58,701 nt of DNA from NCBI GenBank assembly GCA_051010055.1, contig JBPCVY010000032.1, positions 1-58,701 on the forward strand. Direction: 5' to 3'. Source of the stretch: Hyphomicrobiales bacterium (GTDB taxonomy: Bacteria > Pseudomonadota > Alphaproteobacteria > Rhizobiales > CAJQND01). A program made the translations under genes and the position numbers. Shown piece after piece: positions 40,775 to 50,596 of the stretch. The notes below the pieces were generated by a model, which was not told the DNA's origin, searched no databases, and was given only the letters and a program-made list of their open reading frames with translations. Every line of letters starts with the position of its first letter. Position 1 is the first letter of the stretch.

Positions 40775-42235
40775 ATGAATGAAATGGCATCCAAGCGCGC
40801 TGTTATCGAAGGCTCAATGCGCATCGGCGGAAAAGAGGTTTCAACAGATGATGTTGTGCCCGTCCACTATCCCTATACCAACGAAGTGATCGGCACTGTG
40901 CCCGCCGGGCGCGCAGAGCACGCCCGTAAGGCATTTGAAATCGCCGCCGGTTTCCAGCCAAAGCTCACCCGCTACGAGCGCCAGCAAATCTTGCTGCGAA
41001 CGGCAGAACTCTTGCGCGAACGCCGCGATATGCTGGCCGAGGTGCTTACCTTGGAACTGGGCATTTCGACGAAAGACGCACAATATGAAGCAGGGCGCGC
41101 CTATGATGTGTTTTCGCTCGCCGGCCAGCTTTGCATTCAAGATGATGGCGAGATTTTCTCTTGCGACCTCACCCCTCACGGTAAGGCGCGGCGCATTTAC
41201 ACCACCCGTGAGCCGGTGCGCGCCATTTCTGCAATCACGCCGTTCAACCACCCGCTCAATATGGTTGCCCATAAGATCGCGCCGGCAATTGCCACCAACA
41301 ATTGCGTCGTCTGCAAACCAACCGAGTTGACGCCGCTTTCCGCAATCAATCTTTCTGACATTCTCTATGAAGCGGGCCTGCCGCCGGAAATGTTCCAGAT
41401 AGTCACCGGCACGCCGGAAGATATTGGTGATGAAATGATCACCAACAAGGAGGCTGAAATCATCACATTTACCGGCGGTGTGAAGGTCGGCATGCTGATT
41501 GCCTCAAAGGCCGGTTACAAGCGCCAGGCGCTGGAGCTTGGCGGCAATGATCCGCTTATCGTCCTTGATGATTTGTCTGACGATGACCTCGCCAAGGCAG
41601 CAGAGCTTGCCGTTGCCGGCGCCACGAAGAACTCCGGTCAGCGCTGCACAGCTGTAAAACGCATTCTGGTGCAGGAAAATGTCGCCGACAAATTTGTGCC
41701 ACTGGCGCTGGAGGCTGCGAAAAAGATCAAGTTCGGCGATCCGATGAACCCTGAGACCGATCTTGGAACTGTCATCCACGAGCAGGCTGCCGCCGCATTT
41801 GAGGCGCGGGTATATGATGCCGCCGAGCGCGGGGCGGAAGTCTTGTATGACCCGGGCCGCCAGGGCGCCGTTCTGCCGCCAATTGTTGTTGACCGGGTGC
41901 CCCATGATTCAGAGCTTGTTTATGAAGAAACCTTCGGGCCGGTTGTTCCCATCGTGCGTGTGCCCAACGATGATGATGAAGTCATAAGGATTTCAAATTC
42001 GACGCCGTTCGGCCTTTCTTCAGGAGTTTGCACCAACCGGCTCGACCGAATTACCAAATTCATTCCGGCGTTGAATGTGGGAACGGTCAACATTTGGGAG
42101 GTGCCTGGCTACCGCATTGAAATGTCGCCCTTTGGCGGCATCAAAGACAGCGGCAATGGTGTTAAGGAGGGCGTCATTGAGGCCATGAAATACTTCACAA
42201 ATGTGAAAACCTATTCATTGCCATGGCCGGAATAA
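40775..42235 (+). CDS. phnY: Phosphonoacetaldehyde dehydrogenase (aldehyde dehydrogenase family)
   Basis: ALDH motifs (…[10 protein letters not shown]…, …GQRCTAVKR…, …EETFGPV…). The PhnY assignment comes from its position after phnW-phnA. The ATG at 40775 is preceded by AGGAG. Confidence 0.82.
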   Translation: MNEMASKRAVIEGSMRIGGKEVSTDDVVPVHYPYTNEVIGTVPAGRAEHARKAFEIAAGFQPKLTRYERQQILLRTAELLRERRDMLAEVLTLELGISTKDAQYEAGRAYDVFSLAGQLCIQDDGEIFSCDLTPHGKARRIYTTREPVRAISAITPFNHPLNMVAHKIAPAIATNNCVVCKPTELTPLSAINLSDILYEAGLPPEMFQIVTGTPEDIGDEMITNKEAEIITFTGGVKVGMLIASKAGYKRQALELGGNDPLIVLDDLSDDDLAKAAELAVAGATKNSGQRCTAVKRILVQENVADKFVPLALEAAKKIKFGDPMNPETDLGTVIHEQAAAAFEARVYDAAERGAEVLYDPGRQGAVLPPIVVDRVPHDSELVYEETFGPVVPIVRVPNDDDEVIRISNSTPFGLSSGVCTNRLDRITKFIPALNVGTVNIWEVPGYRIEMSPFGGIKDSGNGVKEGVIEAMKYFTNVKTYSLPWPE

Positions 42236-42269
42236 CCGGAAAAACCCGGCCAGACAGATTGGTGATTTG

Positions 42270-43931
42270 ATGGAATTGTCCGGTACGGAACTTTTGATAC
42301 GCGTCGCAGGCAGCGCAGCACTCCTGTTGTGGGGTGCGCGCATGATGCGCACGGGCATGATCCGGGCTTACGGCGGTGAGATAAGAAGCATTCTCGCGGC
42401 CTGTACGGACAATCGCATTTATTGCCTGGTGGCAGGCGCTTTTTCAGCTGGCGTTCTGCAAAGCTCAACAGCGGTTGCACTGTTCACAACTTCCTTTGCC
42501 GCGCTGGGCGCGCTTTCTGTTGCCGATGGCCTCGCCATAATGCTGGGGGCTGATCTGGGCAGTGCGCTTGTTACCTTTTTGCTTGCCCTTGATATCCGGT
42601 CAATCTGGCCCGTGCTGATGTTGGGCGGCTATATCATGCACGCCTGGTTTGAGAAGCGCAGGCCCATTATCAAGCAGGCCGGGCGCGTCGCCATGGGCCT
42701 TGGCCTGGTGTTCTTGGCGCTCACTATATTATCTTCCACATCCAGCATCCTCAATCAGTCCAACCTGTTGCGGCAATTGCTCAGCGGCTTGGCAAACGAA
42801 CCCATTATTGCGTTCATTGTCGGTGCACTGCTCACCTGGTTTGCCCATTCGAGTATCGTTGTGTTGCTGCTGGTCGCCGGGCTTGCTGAATCAGGCCTGT
42901 TGTCTGAAGGAACCTTGGCGTTGACACTGGTTCTGGGAATAAATGCTGGCGCTGCCCTTCCAGCGTTCGCCCTCACATACCGCGACAAACCTCCAGCACG
43001 GCAAATCACTCTGGGCAACCTCATATTCCGTGTAACTGGTGCCCTTATCGCTTTGGCGGCAATGCCACTATGGGCAGACTATCTGACAAATGGCGCCGCA
43101 TCTGGCGGCCAGGTGATCCTTGCGCACATATTGTTCAATGTCTTGCTGCTGGCCGTGTTCGTCGGAGCGACGGGGTATCTAGCAAACGCCTTGGCCAGAT
43201 TAAATCCGCTTGAAAGCGTACAGGAAGATGATGGCGCACCGCGCTATCTTTCCGAAACAGCTAAAGAAATGCCCAGCATGGCGCTTAACCTGGCAGCCCG
43301 TGAGACCCTGCGCATGTCGGATATGGTTGACTTGATGGTCACCCACTGCGCCAACGCCTTGGACAAAAACGATACTGCCGAGGCCGACAGTGCCTGCGAG
43401 CTGGAAGAACAAGTCGATCGCCTCTATGAAGCCATCAAGTTCTACGTGACCGATATTGAACGCGAGGAAACTGATGTTTCCGAACGCCGCAAAGCGACGG
43501 AAATCATCACCTTCACAACCCACCTGGAAAGTGCGGGGGATGTTATCGACCGCAATCTTATCGACACCATTCGCCAGAAAATCACCGCAGGCGGTTCATT
43601 TTCAAAGGCGGGCGCCAAGGAGCTGGATGAAATCTTTGCATTTGTCGGCGAAACCATACGGCTGGCATCTTCAGTGTTCATGGACCCGAAAATTGATGCA
43701 GCCCGCGCACTGATCGCCAGAAAGGACGAATTGCGCCAGCTGGAGCTGAAAAGCACCAAACGTCATTTGACAAGGTTGCGCCGGCGCAAGCCGCAAGCGG
43801 TGGCAACATCCTCTTTCCATCTGGATATCATAAGGGACTTAAAGCGGGTGAATTCCCACTTTACTTCAGTTGGCTATCCCATTCTTGAATCAAGCGGCGG
43901 GTTGCGGGCAAGCCGGTTGAAAAAGGCTTAA
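42270..43931 (+). CDS. Na+/phosphate cotransporter family protein with C-terminal PhoU-like domain
   Basis: N-terminus …LLLWGARMMRTGMIRAYGGEIRSIL…, duplicated Na_Pi_cotrans-like membrane halves, and a soluble helical C-terminus. Confidence 0.88.
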   Translation: MELSGTELLIRVAGSAALLLWGARMMRTGMIRAYGGEIRSILAACTDNRIYCLVAGAFSAGVLQSSTAVALFTTSFAALGALSVADGLAIMLGADLGSALVTFLLALDIRSIWPVLMLGGYIMHAWFEKRRPIIKQAGRVAMGLGLVFLALTILSSTSSILNQSNLLRQLLSGLANEPIIAFIVGALLTWFAHSSIVVLLLVAGLAESGLLSEGTLALTLVLGINAGAALPAFALTYRDKPPARQITLGNLIFRVTGALIALAAMPLWADYLTNGAASGGQVILAHILFNVLLLAVFVGATGYLANALARLNPLESVQEDDGAPRYLSETAKEMPSMALNLAARETLRMSDMVDLMVTHCANALDKNDTAEADSACELEEQVDRLYEAIKFYVTDIEREETDVSERRKATEIITFTTHLESAGDVIDRNLIDTIRQKITAGGSFSKAGAKELDEIFAFVGETIRLASSVFMDPKIDAARALIARKDELRQLELKSTKRHLTRLRRRKPQAVATSSFHLDIIRDLKRVNSHFTSVGYPILESSGGLRASRLKKA

Positions 43932-43945
43932 ACGCCAGGAACCAC

Positions 43946-45337
43946 CTACATCTCAAAGCGGCCTCGTATGCCGACCAACGTGAGAGTGTCTTTCGTTGGT
44001 GCGAAAACAGGGTCAAGAATGAACTGAAAACTTGGCGTTACCGCGATGCGCTTAGTGAGCTGGACCCGGTAAAAAACCCCACCTGCATATTGGCGTGCAT
44101 CACCCATATCGGTATCCGGAATGCCGTCCTCATCGGTATCTATTTTACCGATGCGGCGTTCACCCCACGAAAACGCCGCCCCAAGAAGATCGTTCTTCTG
44201 GCCGAACATTTCGCGCACGCCAACCCCACCGGCGGCCATCTTGTTCAAAATCGCCGGCCCGTTCATGGGGCCATCAGAAAATCCAAACCGCACAAATGGT
44301 ATTACCGGCCCAATTTCGCCCTCTGCAAAGAAACTCACACCGTGGCCCTTGGGCGCGCCGGCTCTTTTGAGCGCATCTTTCTGCCAGATCGTTGCGTGAA
44401 CATCCCTGAGCTTGACCGGGCCAATTCAGAGGCTTGTTTCAGGATTGATGTAGCCGGGGTCAAAGCCGATATCCACCATCTTCAGATATTCCTTTTGATT
44501 GAAGAAGGTATTGAAACCGGAGGTTTCCGCACGCCCGTTTGCATCATAAATGCCACCCACTACATAAATTTCTGGCACCGGGCGAACCACCCCGGCAGCG
44601 CCAAGACCAACCAATGTATAAGGAATTGTCGCATTCAGGCTGAATGGTGCATTCATAAACGAAGTGGTAGGATTTTTCAGGAATGAATAATCATGAACCG
44701 CAAAAGGAATGATTTTCCCCACCCGGAACCCTGCTGAATCCTGAATTAGCGACTGCTCCCACCACAACTCAAGCAGACTGAAATTGAATTCACTATAGGC
44801 AACGGCAGCGGGCCACAATGAGCCGGCAAGAATTCCGAAAGTCTGCAAATTGGCCGGGCCGCTGCTGAGGTTGTGGCGGTCCTGGAATCGGAACGCCAAT
44901 CTGCCGGAGTAACCCGTACCCTCTCCCCAGAGCTGCCAGTCACCAAGAATTGCGAGAATGCCGCCGGCTGCATCGCATTGGCCGGCAAAGTTTGTATTGG
45001 CGTTCTGGTAGGCGCTGGTATGGGCGATGCCGACTTTAAGTCCAACTTGTTCTTGAAGTTCTCTCTTGAACCGCTCCCATGGCTCCAAGATAGGATCGAG
45101 TGGCGAAGGCGTTATCAATGCTTCCTTTACGGCTTCGTCTTCGATCAAAATGTTGGTCAAATCGCCGGGGTTTTTGGTGAGCGCATCAGTCGGCGGGTTG
45201 CCTTGTTGGGAAAAAGCCGTGGCGGAAATTGCAAATAAAATCAGGAATGCGAACGGGGCGGGGTAAATCTCAGGCCAAGCAGCGCAAATTGCCCTGCTCT
45301 TGGAAAACTCGACCTTTTGTGCCGCTCGCCCAATCAA
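43946..45337 (-). pseudogene. OprB-family carbohydrate-selective porin interrupted by an in-frame TGA at 44426-44428
   Basis: ORF 44426-45337 (signal peptide plus the N-terminal two thirds) and ORF 43946-44338 (C-terminal third, ending …VGIRGRFEM) are in the same frame. The 87 nt between them also read through without a stop (IGPVKLRDVHATIWQKDALKRAGAPKGHG). The combined 464 codons fit OprB size. Confidence 0.75.
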
Positions 45338-45451
45338 CGCAACATTCCCAGTAAATTGCGGATTGCCTACTCCACAAAATACACCACATCCGAATAATCG
45401 GACACAAGTGCAGATTTTAGCGATATGCAGTCAAGAATTAGTCCAAGCCGG

Positions 45452-46288
45452 TCAAAGCTTGCCGGAAAGACTGACGATTATAGATTGGACAAGACCAATG
45501 GCGCCGGATATTGGCCGGAACTGACCGCTGACCTCATTGTCGACGCAAAACGATACCGTGGAATTGCGTGCGAGAGGGCTTGAGGCGGCACCGGTAATGG
45601 TGATGACGGGCAGCCCGCGCACATGCGCGTCGCGCACTACATCCAAAACGGCCGGTGAATAGGGGACGAACGAAATCGCCACCAGAAGATCCCGGTGGCC
45701 CATATTGACCACCTGCTGCTCTGCCATGCCGCCACTGAAATCAAGCAGGCTGCAACGGCGCTCCAGCCGGGTCATTCCATAGGCAAAATAGGTTGCGATG
45801 GGGCGCGAACGGCGCAAGCCCGCAACATAAATATGCCGGGCCGACAAACACATATCCACCGCCCGGGTAATATCTTCCGGATTCACATTGCTGCGCAAAG
45901 TTTCAAGTGAAGCGACCAGCGCATCGATACAGGAATTCAGCGTAGCGCTTTCATCTTCAACGCCTGAAACAGTGGCCGCCCACTCATAAACCTGTTCCCG
46001 GTAAACAGGTGTACCTTCAATTAGGCGCAGTTTGAAAACCTGCTGAAGACCGGAAAAGCCGTCATAGCCAAACTCTTTTGCAAACCGGATGAGCGTTGAA
46101 GGTTGAATGTCCAATTCTTCGGACAAAACCGCAATTGTCTGCAGCGCAAGCTGGTTTGGTTCATCCAGCGCCAGTCGTGCGATCCGTTGCAGGTGCGGGC
46201 TCAGGGATTCAAACCGGTCCCTGATGCGCTCGCGCAATGAATCGAACGTTTCCTCCGGTCCGGCAGGTGTATCAAGGGGCATATTCAT
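45452..46288 (-). CDS. MurR/RpiR-family transcriptional regulator (HTH_6 + SIS domain)
   Basis: …LSPHLQRIARLALDEPNQLALQTIAVLSEELDIQPSTLIRFAKEFGYDGFSGLQ… followed by a SIS domain. Confidence 0.9.
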   Translation of the reverse strand: MNMPLDTPAGPEETFDSLRERIRDRFESLSPHLQRIARLALDEPNQLALQTIAVLSEELDIQPSTLIRFAKEFGYDGFSGLQQVFKLRLIEGTPVYREQVYEWAATVSGVEDESATLNSCIDALVASLETLRSNVNPEDITRAVDMCLSARHIYVAGLRRSRPIATYFAYGMTRLERRCSLLDFSGGMAEQQVVNMGHRDLLVAISFVPYSPAVLDVVRDAHVRGLPVITITGAASSPLARNSTVSFCVDNEVSGQFRPISGAIGLVQSIIVSLSGKL

Positions 46289-46302
46289 AAATTCACTTTG
46301 AC

Positions 46303-46447
46303 TGAAAATTCATTCAATTTCAAGAATAATTCCCTTCTAAATTTCTACTATAGTGCAAAAAATGGGCATATTACGCAGATTTACTTGACTCTCAGATTGA
46401 ATATTTGTTACATAAAATGAAAATTCATTCTATTTTTGAATGAAAAT
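46303..46447. promoter_or_regulatory. Repeated TGAAAATTCATTC motif plus inverted repeat in the rpiR / ABC-operon divergent region (candidate operator)
   Basis: TGAAAATTCATTC occurs at 46303-46315 and again at 46418-46430. The second copy is part of TTCATTC-tattttt-GAATGAA (46424-46444). Confidence 0.4.
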
Positions 46448-46514
46448 GCAAAATACCTTGAATGAGGGATAGGGATTCAACGGTCATAGCGGCCACTCAC
46501 TTTAGGAGGGAAGA

Positions 46515-47804
46515 ATGAGCCAGAAGAACATTACACGCCGCGGGTTGCTGGGAGCAGCCGTTGCCGGCGCCGGTTTGACGACATTTGCCGGGCCTTGGAA
46601 TCACAATCGGGTTTATGCAGCAGCATCCGACAAGCCAATCAAAATCGGCATCACATCAGATGCCAGCGGCCAGTACGCCAACTCAGGCGCAAGTGATCGC
46701 CGCGGCATGGCCATGGCGATTGCCGAGTTCAATGAAAAAGGCGGCGTGCTGGGACGCAAAGTCGAAACCATACATATAGATACCGAAACAACACCGGCCA
46801 CAGGCAGCCGTGTGGCCGAGCGGTTGATCTCACGCGAAGAGTGCGGCTACCTCATTGGCGCGGTAAGCTCAGGTGTTGCCAACGCAATCAGCCAGGTGGC
46901 GCAGAAGTATGGCGTCATCTATCTCAACACCAATTCAAGTTCACCGACCGAGTCTGGCAAGAATTGCCACCGCGTGAAATTTGTATGGGATGGCAACGGC
47001 ACCAATTTTGCAAAAGCTGCGGTAAAAAATGCAGTTGAGAGATTCGGTGATCAATGGATGCTGCTCACCAACGATTACGTCTGGGGACACAATACAGCAG
47101 CAGCCACCAAGAAACTGTTGGAAGAGTATGGTGGCTCGGTAAAGGAAGAAATCCTCGTGCCACAGGGCACCCGCGATTTCTCATCCGCATTGCTGAAAAT
47201 CCAGCAGGCAACGCCTAATGTTGTTGCCGCAGCTGTTGGCGGCGACGACCAGAAAGCCATGCGCCAGCAAGTAGCTCAGCTTGGCATGGGCGCCCAGCCT
47301 GCATGGATCAACAACCAGCAAGACTGGCCGGACGTTTATGGCCTGCCGATTGAGAACCTGTTCGGTGTCTTCGGCACCACCTGGTACTACAAGCTGGATC
47401 TGCCGGGCGTTGATGAATTCGTCAAACGCTATCAGGCCATGTATCCGGACACACGTATGCGTGTTCCCGGCAACGTTTTCTACAATGGCTACATGGCAAC
47501 CCGCGAATTGCTCAATGCCATTGAGCGCGCAGGGTCCACCAACAACATCGCGGTCATCAAGGCGCTCGAAGGACATAAAATGTCTGCCAAGGACCGCATG
47601 CAGCATCATGATGCGGTCATCGACGCCAACACCCACCAGGTACAGCAAACCATTTACCTGGCAACGGCAAACGCTGGTACGAAGGACAAGAACGACTTGT
47701 TCAAGATCCTCAATCAATCGACGCCCGAAGCTGTGCAGGATATGGGAGCACAAGATGCCTGCAAGCTGGAATCTTACGAAGATACGCCAACTTTCGATGC
47801 GTGA
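46515..47804 (+). CDS. ABC transporter substrate-binding protein, Liv/amide-urea type (Peripla_BP_6-like) with Tat-like signal
   Basis: MSQKNITRRGLLGAAVAGAGL… carries a twin-arginine motif, followed by …IKIGITSDASGQYANSG…, typical of LivK-like binding proteins. Confidence 0.88.
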   Translation: MSQKNITRRGLLGAAVAGAGLTTFAGPWNHNRVYAAASDKPIKIGITSDASGQYANSGASDRRGMAMAIAEFNEKGGVLGRKVETIHIDTETTPATGSRVAERLISREECGYLIGAVSSGVANAISQVAQKYGVIYLNTNSSSPTESGKNCHRVKFVWDGNGTNFAKAAVKNAVERFGDQWMLLTNDYVWGHNTAAATKKLLEEYGGSVKEEILVPQGTRDFSSALLKIQQATPNVVAAAVGGDDQKAMRQQVAQLGMGAQPAWINNQQDWPDVYGLPIENLFGVFGTTWYYKLDLPGVDEFVKRYQAMYPDTRMRVPGNVFYNGYMATRELLNAIERAGSTNNIAVIKALEGHKMSAKDRMQHHDAVIDANTHQVQQTIYLATANAGTKDKNDLFKILNQSTPEAVQDMGAQDACKLESYEDTPTFDA

Positions 47805-47844
47805 TAAACTCCCTTGGGCCCTGGCCACTTTAAGCCGGGGTTCA

Positions 47845-47886
47845 GGATGCGGCCGGAGTGCTCCGGCCGCGTCCTCACTTTCTTTT
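47845..47886 (+). terminator. Strong GC hairpin with T-rich tail between the binding-protein and permease genes (attenuator)
   Basis: ggatgcggccggag-tg-ctccggccgcgtcc forms 14 bp including one G·T pair, followed by tcactttctttt. Confidence 0.55.
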
Positions 47887-47906
47887 GAAATGAAAGCGTC
47901 CAAGCG

Positions 47907-48827
47907 ATGACGGCGTTATTGCCACATATCTTCAACGGCCTGACACTCGGTCTGTTGTTTGCGTTGATTGCCCTCGGTTTCACGCTGATTGTCGGCGTTA
48001 TGGAGGTTATTAATCTGGCGCACGGGTCATTGTTCGCGCTTGGGGCCTATTTCGCTTTAATGATACTCGGTTCCAGCTGGATGGAAGCCACCGCATTCGG
48101 TGACTGGTGGCTGGGCTTGCCACTGGCTGCGCGCTACACGCTGGCCCTCGTTTTCGGACCATTGCTTGCGGGCGTTGCCGGAATGGGGCTGGAGCGCTGC
48201 TTGCGGCCCACATACGGAAAAGCGCCATTATACGGCTTGCTGCTTACTTTTGGCGCAGCCCTTGTTATCGAAGAAGCCATCCGCCTTGGTTGGGGCACAG
48301 GCGAGCAAAGCCTGCAGCTTCCCCAGTCCATAAATGGCGCGGTGCTTATCGGCGGGCTTATTTTCTCCAAGTACAAATTGTTTGCGGCGGGTTTTGCCCT
48401 GTTGGCGATTGTTGGCGTTTGGCTGTTTCTTGAATGCACACCTTACGGGGCCATTATCAAGGCTGGCGCCCATGACAGCGAGATGGTGCGCGCGCTTGGC
48501 TATGATCTTGCCCGCCTGCGCATGCTGGTGTTCGGCTTTGGTGCAGCACTTGCCGGACTTGCAGGCGTTGTGATGGTGCCCATTTGGGGATTGCGGCCGC
48601 ATGTGGGTATTGATGTTGTCATACCTGCGTTTCTGATAATCGTCCTGGGAGGAGTGGGCAGTTTCTGGGGCGCGGTGGTTGCAGCCATGCTGGTTGGCCT
48701 GGCCGTCGGCATCACCGGCGCGTACGCTTCTGCCTGGTCGATGATGTCCATGTATCTGTTGCTCATCGCGGTGGTCTGCTTCCGCTCGCGCGGGCTGTTC
48801 GGGCGCAAGAGCGCTCTGGAAAACTGA
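47907..48827 (+). CDS. Branched-chain-amino-acid-type ABC permease (LivH-like)
   Basis: MTALLPHIFNGLTLGLLFALIALGFTLIVGVMEVINLAHGSLFALGAY… is the canonical LivH N-terminus. Confidence 0.9.
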   Translation: MTALLPHIFNGLTLGLLFALIALGFTLIVGVMEVINLAHGSLFALGAYFALMILGSSWMEATAFGDWWLGLPLAARYTLALVFGPLLAGVAGMGLERCLRPTYGKAPLYGLLLTFGAALVIEEAIRLGWGTGEQSLQLPQSINGAVLIGGLIFSKYKLFAAGFALLAIVGVWLFLECTPYGAIIKAGAHDSEMVRALGYDLARLRMLVFGFGAALAGLAGVVMVPIWGLRPHVGIDVVIPAFLIIVLGGVGSFWGAVVAAMLVGLAVGITGAYASAWSMMSMYLLLIAVVCFRSRGLFGRKSALEN

Positions 48828-48830
48828 TAC

Positions 48831-49847
48831 ATGGTCTCCCTGTCCGATATTCCCGCACGTGCCGGCTCCTGGGTAACGCCGCAAATGGCCGTCATGGCTA
48901 TTATCATGGTAACTGCCCCTTTGTGGCTGGGCCCGGTTGGCCTTTACCAGTATCTGGGTATCGAGATTTCCATCTGGATAATCTATGCCCTAGGTTTCAA
49001 TCTTCTGTTCGGGTATGCGGGTTTGCATTCATTTGGCCATGGCGCCTATTTGGGTGTTGGCGCCTATGCGTTCGGGCTGTTTCAGCATCATGTGGGCGTC
49101 AGCCTCTGGGGTGGATTGCTTGCCGCCGTGCTTGCGGCAGGCATTGCCGGGCTGATCGTTGGCGCGTTTATTTCGCACCGGCGCGGAATTTACTACGCTT
49201 TGCTCACAATTGCCTTTGGCCAGGTGTTCTGGTTTTTCTCGATGAAACTTCACTGGCTCACCGGCGGTGAGGACGGCCTTTTAAACATTCCGCGCCCTGA
49301 TTTGGCCCTTGGGTTTGCCGATTTCAGCCTGAAAGACAATCTGGCGTTCTACTATCTTGTGCTTGCGCTCGTCGCCATATCGGTGGTCGCAATCTGGCGG
49401 ATTGTCAATTCACCGTACGGGCGAATTTTGCAGGCTATCCGCCAAAATGAAACCCGGGCAAAGTTTGTCGGCTATGAGGTTTGGCACTTCAAGTGCGCCG
49501 CATTTGTTATCTCGGCAATGTTCGCAGGTCTGGCTGGCGGCTTGTTCGCCATGGCTCAGGAAAGCGCCTATCCGGACGTGATGAGCCTCCATCAGTCGGG
49601 CCTTATTGTCATGATGGTGCTTGTCGGCGGCGGGCTTGTCAGCTTCTGGGGCCCGGTGCTTGGCGTGGTGCTTTATTTCGTGGCCCGCGATGTCTTGGGC
49701 TCAATCACCGAAACCTGGCTCCTGTGGTACGGGCTGATGTTCGTGATCATGGTCATGTTCAAGCCGGAAGGTTTGGCAGGCATCATCCACTCCCTGCGCA
49801 AGCGCTTTTCCAGCCGCGCTGTGGGCCATCAGGTTTCAACGGAGTAG
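48831..49847 (+). CDS. Branched-chain-amino-acid-type ABC permease (LivM-like)
   Basis: …LFGYAGLHSFGHGAYLGVGAY… is LivM-like. It starts 4 nt after the livH-like stop. Confidence 0.9.
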   Translation: MVSLSDIPARAGSWVTPQMAVMAIIMVTAPLWLGPVGLYQYLGIEISIWIIYALGFNLLFGYAGLHSFGHGAYLGVGAYAFGLFQHHVGVSLWGGLLAAVLAAGIAGLIVGAFISHRRGIYYALLTIAFGQVFWFFSMKLHWLTGGEDGLLNIPRPDLALGFADFSLKDNLAFYYLVLALVAISVVAIWRIVNSPYGRILQAIRQNETRAKFVGYEVWHFKCAAFVISAMFAGLAGGLFAMAQESAYPDVMSLHQSGLIVMMVLVGGGLVSFWGPVLGVVLYFVARDVLGSITETWLLWYGLMFVIMVMFKPEGLAGIIHSLRKRFSSRAVGHQVSTE

Positions 49848-49852
49848 GTGGC

Positions 49853-50596
49853 ATGTCTCTGTTCGAAGCCAAACATATTCACAAGCGGTTCGGCTCACGG
49901 GTTGTGCTGGAAGATATTTCACTGTCCCTCGAAGATGGTCAGGTGAGCGGTATTATGGGTCCCAACGGGGCCGGAAAAACCACTTGCTTTCACGTGCTCA
50001 CGGGACAGTATAAACCTGACCGCGGCGAGATCCTTTTCGATGGAAAACCCATTACCGGCATGCCGCCGCAGCGCATTGCAGGTCTTGGCATTTCCCGTTC
50101 ATTCCAAATCATGAACCTGTTCGATGAATCAGCGGTTATCGAAAATGTCATGGTCGCATTGCCGGATTTCAGGCAACGGCAAAAGCAACTGGCAAGTTCC
50201 GTGTTTGATGATGCAGAACTCATCGACAAGGCAAGAGATGTTCTGAACCAGGTTGGCCTTTCAGGACATGACTGGGAGAAATCCGCCTCCCTTTCATACG
50301 GCAACCGGCGGGCTTTGGAGATCGGCGTAGCGCTTGCAGCACGGCCGCGCATTCTGTTTCTCGATGAACCGACATCAGGCCTTGGCGTTGAGGCAACCCG
50401 CCACTTGGCAGCGCTGATCAAAAAACTGCGCAAGCGGTATTCAATTGTCATGATTGAGCACGACATGCGCTTCCTCTTCGAGCTGGCCGACCGCATATCG
50501 GTTATCCACTGGGGCCAGGTGATAGCTGAAGGCACACCGGAAAAACTTCAGGCAAACAAGTGGGTGCAGCGCTCAGCACTTGGGGAGGTCGCCTGA
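49853..50596 (+). CDS. ABC transporter ATP-binding protein (LivG-like)
   Basis: Walker A GPNGAGKTT, degenerate-type signature LSYGNRRALE (as in LivG), and Walker B ILFLDEP. I chose the ATG at 49853. The longer ORF start lies inside the permease gene. Confidence 0.92.
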   Translation: MSLFEAKHIHKRFGSRVVLEDISLSLEDGQVSGIMGPNGAGKTTCFHVLTGQYKPDRGEILFDGKPITGMPPQRIAGLGISRSFQIMNLFDESAVIENVMVALPDFRQRQKQLASSVFDDAELIDKARDVLNQVGLSGHDWEKSASLSYGNRRALEIGVALAARPRILFLDEPTSGLGVEATRHLAALIKKLRKRYSIVMIEHDMRFLFELADRISVIHWGQVIAEGTPEKLQANKWVQRSALGEVA

